Below the pieces are notes generated by a model, which was not told where the DNA came from, did no database searches, and was given only the letters and a program-made list of their open reading frames with translations. Shown piece after piece: positions 58,701 through 64,000 of a stretch of 64,000 nucleotides of DNA (its first letter is position 1; every line of letters starts with the position of its first letter). Source of the DNA: Azolla caroliniana (lineage: Eukaryota; Plantae; Polypodiophyta); contig JBHGNT010000001.1 of NCBI GenBank assembly GCA_043228905.1, positions 17,174,001 through 17,238,000 of the forward strand. The letters are read 5' to 3'. The translations under genes and the position numbers were made by a program.

Positions 58701-61700
58701 AACATCTCATTCTGTCTAGAGAAGCTACCTGCAACAAGGATTGCTTTACCTAGGTGTTCTGCAGTTCTTAATGTCTATACACAGAGAAATGTGTTCTTAA
58801 TGTCTACATAAACCATTACAACAAGAAAATTATATGATATTTATAATGCACAAGTGATTTTCAGATATCTGAAATAAACATTCTGAAAAAATAATATCAA
58901 TCTGTGTCAATGTAAAAATAAAGTACACTGACCAGTTTCATATGGTGATCCAAGAACCCAGGTATGAACTGCTTTGAGAAAAGATACTGCTTCCATATTG
59001 TTTTGAAGTTTTATATTGGTAATCACTTCTTTGCTTATAGAAGCAATACAGAAAAGACAAACTTCAGCTTCTGGCCATGTTGATGCCCCCCTTAAAATCT
59101 CCAGCAAACGGGATAAAAATGCACCATTAAGCTCTTTGTAAACTGCAATTAAAGCACCCTCAGCAATATCTGTACGAAACCTGGAACGATGTCTATTTAG
59201 CATATGAACAATGTAGAGGCAGCCTGTATAAAACCTAATGCCATATGTTAATTTGCAAATTTAGTTCTCATGAGTTACCCAATAATATAAATGGCACATT
59301 GTTATTAGGGTTGATTTTCTCTATTTTTCATAATCAGAACAGATTTGGGTTTAGGGGGGAAGTACCACAAGTGTGTAGGCTAGGCTGAAAGGAAAATTAA
59401 TTTGGCACTTTTTGCAACTATGCTCTGCAAGCACCTTATCCTCTAGGTGGTTGCCTTTATTCAGTTAGTCTTGCCGCACCTTCAGGGCTTACCGTACCAT
59501 AAGATCCTCATTATTGTGGCAGAGAAGAAAGAAAGATACAGTAACATCATTTAAGAAGCCAACGCGGTCTATAAGACCAAACAGACAAACCAAATAAATG
59601 TAGATAAGTAAATTAAACTGAAAGTGACTGAATAATCAATCCCCTTATCCATACATATAAGATTCTCAACGTGCACAACAAATCACTATTGTAACCCACT
59701 TGCAATGTCCTGGTCGGGATCCCACCCGTGTAACCCTTGATTTAACTTGTAAGATGAGTAAAATTGTTGTTTGATATTATGAAATGGTGCCCTGTTAATA
59801 TTCCGACATTGATGTTTTAGCATCTTGTCACTTCATCCTTAGTGCCTCAAGAATCTATCCTTGATGATCACATACTTCATAACATCACCTGAGAACTCCA
59901 ATAAATCTTTTACTCTCCATCTCTTAAACCATTTCATAATGTCAAGCACCCAACCAAATGAGATATTTTTCTTTTATTGGTTTTTGGTGCCTCTCATCCT
60001 ATGTTCCAAGCTTGTTTCTGCAGTCTATGATCAGGCATATTCTCCACTTTTATAATATACTTGTGTACTCTTCGCATCGCTCGTACCTCTATGGACCGAG
60101 CATTTGTTTCTAATACCATTACAATATACGATGGTGAGGAATTTATTCCTAAATATCGACATAAGCAATTTTTGGATTTTCTTAATTTTATTCCATGCAC
60201 TAAGTGAGATAGTGCCACCCCACACTTCCACTCTATTAAGCAAAACTTGACTACCATAGCATTGAATAGCATCAATCTCACTTCCCATCCTCAAGTATCA
60301 CAAAGTATTGGATGTTTGCTCTGGCTTGCTTTTGTGTACAAATCCCACGAGTTACTTCACATTGCAAGCATCTCCTTGTATCACGGCATTGCTCAGCATG
60401 CCAATTGTATGGGGGGTACATAGCCTGTTGTATGGAGAGAGGAGTTTGTTATTGCTCTTCCAGAGCCTCTCGTGCTTCCTAGTATCTGTGGTTGGGGATG
60501 ACATAACAACCCCATCTATATCCTTGTATGTTAAGGATTTCACGAGAAATGCATTGATGGGTTTCTGTATATGTGTGTGTTCTTGAAGGTATCTTCAAAA
60601 TTTCTCGACATTTTTCCTTAGAGAGCCATTGCAATTCCATATAGTCATGCATAAGGTCTCATAGGCCATAAACCATCATGCAGCTCTCTTGGCATGCCTT
60701 ACAAATAGCTAAAATGCACCGATAAGAACAAAAAAAAACACATCTCATCCATCAGAAAAGGGAACAATGGCAAAAGACAAAACTAACACCACCATACAAA
60801 TAGATTATAGAAGATATTCCAATAGATACCCCATGGGCTGATGTGTAAGTCATTCTAGTGACATCTCTTCGACACACTATCAAGGTTTCAGAATTCAAAG
60901 ATTTCCAACAAAAAGTCTTCCTTTAAATAAAATGCTTCTGCATTAAATAAGTTTCTTCACTACAAATCATAAAGCTGAAAAGTGTGCATTCTTATAGACA
61001 TCACTAAGAGCCTATGAACGTTTCAGAACTATAGGATTTATCCTACAAGATTTTCTTTTGACTAAAATTCAGAAGCAGTTTAAAACGAAAATGTTCCAGG
61101 AATTGAAAGGTTCATGCTTTGACATGTTACAATTTTATTTATGCTAAAGATGATGAACTAGTATTGGGATAAAAACACCACCAAAGTTCCGTTTCATATA
61201 CCTGCTGAAAAGCTCTTCCTCAAGAGGCGAATCATCCCACACCTCAAAATTTGGAGGATATTGTGCAACTTGTAATATAGACTACCACCAGCATAAAAGT
61301 AAAAAGTTGAGAAAACAACACAGGAGTCAGAAATATAAACGGGTTATAGCTACATCATCATTCAAATGACAATTTTGAAGCCTTTTCTTAATTCAGTCAT
61401 TTCAGGGTAGGTCATAATTCACCTGTGCTGCAGCTGCAAAAACAAAAGGCTGGAGAACTTCTCCACGTCTTGTATAGTAGATATTTGCAAGGCGAGGCCA
61501 TGCCGCCACTGCCATTAGGGCTCCCTCCACACCTAGACCGCCACCGCCTCTAGATGCATCCACAAGCCATTCTAGAATCTTAACCCCCTCCATAGCTGAT
61601 CTGCATAATAACGCTCCTTCTATGGATGCTATCTCACTGAGTAGCAAACAAAGGCCTCGGGCATGTAGAGAAACCTCCTTACTAGAATCAATAGCTGCTG

Positions 61701-63971
61701 CATCATATTGCCACTTTTGCTCAAGAAGCGCTGCCAAACTTAGTAGAGGCCAATCCATCAACTCAAAAACCCAAAGGATTGTAGGAGATAAGAACAAGAA
61801 ACAGAAAGCAAACACAGTTGTGATTTCGTCATTTATTCAATTCTATAAAGTTTGCAGAAACATAAATAGTGCAAGTAACCTTTTGCAAACCGATACATAC
61901 TTTTAATTATAGCAGTAATAGCTTGTTCTCTGCCAGGAAGAACATCCACTTGGGATACTAATTCTGAAAGTGCCCAAACTGCAGGCTGGAAAACATTTTC
62001 CACAGGAGATTTTAATGATTGTAATAACGCTGTAAATAGTGATCCATATTCTGTATAAAGCTCAGACAATACAACACCTGCTGGAATCCTGCAAAACATG
62101 TAGCAGATTGTGCATCACATTGCATCAATAAGGGAAAAATGCCAAAATACCCCTCAGTTGTCTTTATTTTCCCAGCCATGGACAACCCCTAAAACAAGGG
62201 GCTGAATTAGCCATATATTTGCTCAAATAGCAAACACAATTTAGAAAAAGCGGATGATTTGACCATATAGTTTCTCAAAAAGAACATATGATTGCTCTTT
62301 CCCAGTTTCAAGAATGGTGTTTGAGGAAACAATGAAAACTCGGGAGTTTTTCAAAGTTTTTCCTTAAAATTATATGAAAGAAAATTGCCAGAATATCAAG
62401 TTCCCTTAGAAAACATACCATCTCTCAAAACATGCAAACATTTTTCCCAGAATTTCACTTTGATTGCATGAAACAACAACTGTATTCAGAAACAAGAGAA
62501 CTTGGGGGCAGCATTCCTGCATACATTCTTTAACCTGGAAACAAACATAACCTATATCAGTGATGAATTAAAGAGCTTATTTGTTCATAGAAGAACAATG
62601 TGGTAGAAACAAACCATCCATGAAAGATTGCGCCCCCGATGTAATGTCTCTTCTGCTAAAGCAGTCAGCAAATCAACTTTAAGGGATAATTCTAGTACTG
62701 AGTCCCCAAGAACAGTGGTTACCATCTGCAACAGTAATCATAAACCTACAGCTTAAAACTAAATTTTGAAACAAATAGATGGAATATGAGAAAGAACTTG
62801 GATTGTAAAAATAAGAAGGGGCACATGCTCAGATAGTTGACACCCGTACTATACACAACATGCTTAGTGTTACATGATGTCACAGGAATGAAGACACAAT
62901 CAGCGAAACTATTGGATTGAAATGATCGACTGTCAGAACGGCCTTGTTTTCCAGATTTTGGAACCCTTAAAGGCCAGCTCCAAGTCCTTCCATATATCCC
63001 TGAAGTTGGACAGCTTGGATTGCTATTTTGGATTTTATAGACTCTTATGGCTGATTCTCTCGTTTACTTAATTCTTTCAGTCAAGGAACTCTGGGTTTCT
63101 GTTATGTGAATGCATTCCTAGATGTGTAGGTATATACATATGCCTTATTTGGGACTGTTTTCAGTGATCTCTAAGCTGTTTCCCAACTCCGTCCTCAGCC
63201 AACTTCACTCTATAATGATTTTCCCTGAAATGTTTTTCAACTGGGCTCGTGCATTGCACATACATCTTTTCCATGAATCAATGGAAGAGACGGAGAGAGG
63301 GAGAGAGAAGAAAAATAAATATCCATCTTTGCTAACATCACATGTATACCATTTTCATTGATCTATACTCTATACTTCAAATTTTCCAAACTAACATGGT
63401 CCACTGCTATCATTGCATGTATATATAAAATCTTTAGAAGAAGACAAAAAGCAGTCTTTAATTTAAAATTTAGACAAATTTACATTTAAGATTGTTTACA
63501 CTCTACCTCATAGCAAGTATCAGCACCAGCAAGGGCGGCGGCAGCAGCAGCAACGATACACAGTCTCCCTCCAACCATAGCTTCGCGATGATTCAAAGGA
63601 ATCTGTCTCAATAGAACTTCATAAATCTGACGACCGTCTTGGGGAGGGACATTAATCCAATCGTTTCGGATTTTCGAAAGGAGAAGATTGAGAGAGAAAA
63701 AACGAACTTCTTGAAGCTTTCCTATATTTGATCCGTTAGGAGGGAAGGATAGATACAGAGAAGTCGGCCATGCTAGTGGCGAAGAAAGAAAATCTGTTAT
63801 CCATTCGTTAGCTGCGCGAAGGTGAGACTGATCACTCTTGATGCTGTTTGCCCCGTCATGGCAGAAGAGGATGGTGGAAATGGCGGACTCCAGCTCTTCT
63901 GCTCGATTATGGAGCATCTTACCTTCTTCTCTCTCTGTCTCTGTCTCTGTCTCTGTCTCTGTCTCGTCCAT
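55790..63971 (-). CDS. Multi-exon importin-beta superfamily karyopherin (importin-13/transportin-3-like HEAT-repeat protein)
   Basis: N-terminal ANEWITDFLSSPLAW...VRFFSLNLLLSKIRNDW, later WPEAEVCLFCIASI; roughly 15 helical exons with GT-AG borders (e.g. 63507-63971, about 62615-62727, about 61423-61730); last exon ends ETLDQF* at 55790. Start could be 63971 or 63918. Confidence 0.8.
59800..60660 (-). mobile_element. Fragments of an RTEX-like LINE in a karyopherin intron
   Basis: VEVWGGTI and MPDHRLQKQAW parallel YGVEVWGG and PSHRLPRIAW of the LINE at 30352-30669. Confidence 0.7.
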
Positions 63972-64000
63972 TCTCTTCTCCTGCTTCTGTTCCACCTCAG

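Overview
Eukaryotic nuclear DNA from a land plant, most likely a non-seed plant such as a fern (inferred from the TE lineages). Positions 1-44 kb are a dense nest of transposable elements. (1) A young, apparently intact non-chromovirus Ty3/gypsy element (504-7844; tRNA-Trp PBS, 4-bp TSD, gag-PR and RT-RH-INT joined by a candidate -1 frameshift signal) sits inside a pol-less relative (<1-10434), which itself interrupts a Ty1/copia element. (2) Further elements: several decayed copia elements, a non-autonomous LTR element (15096-16913), a Tcn1-like chromovirus (20469-26213), two L1-type LINEs, an RTEX-like LINE, a pogo/Tigger transposon and a solo LTR. Positions 45-64 kb hold three host genes: a GH3 acyl-acid amido synthetase, a subgroup-21-type R2R3-MYB and an importin-13/transportin-3-like karyopherin. 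The most striking observation is that tRNA-like cassettes (Pol III A-box, B-box and T-arm hairpin) recur inside several unrelated TEs. In both autonomous-type LTR lineages they sit at the U3 edge, antisense to the element. Also notable are Tf1-style self-priming signals in the chromovirus and in the non-autonomous element, and a G-GAU-UUU-UAG slippery site with a hairpin or pseudoknot downstream of the protease. All calls come from reading the sequence by eye; no searches were run.
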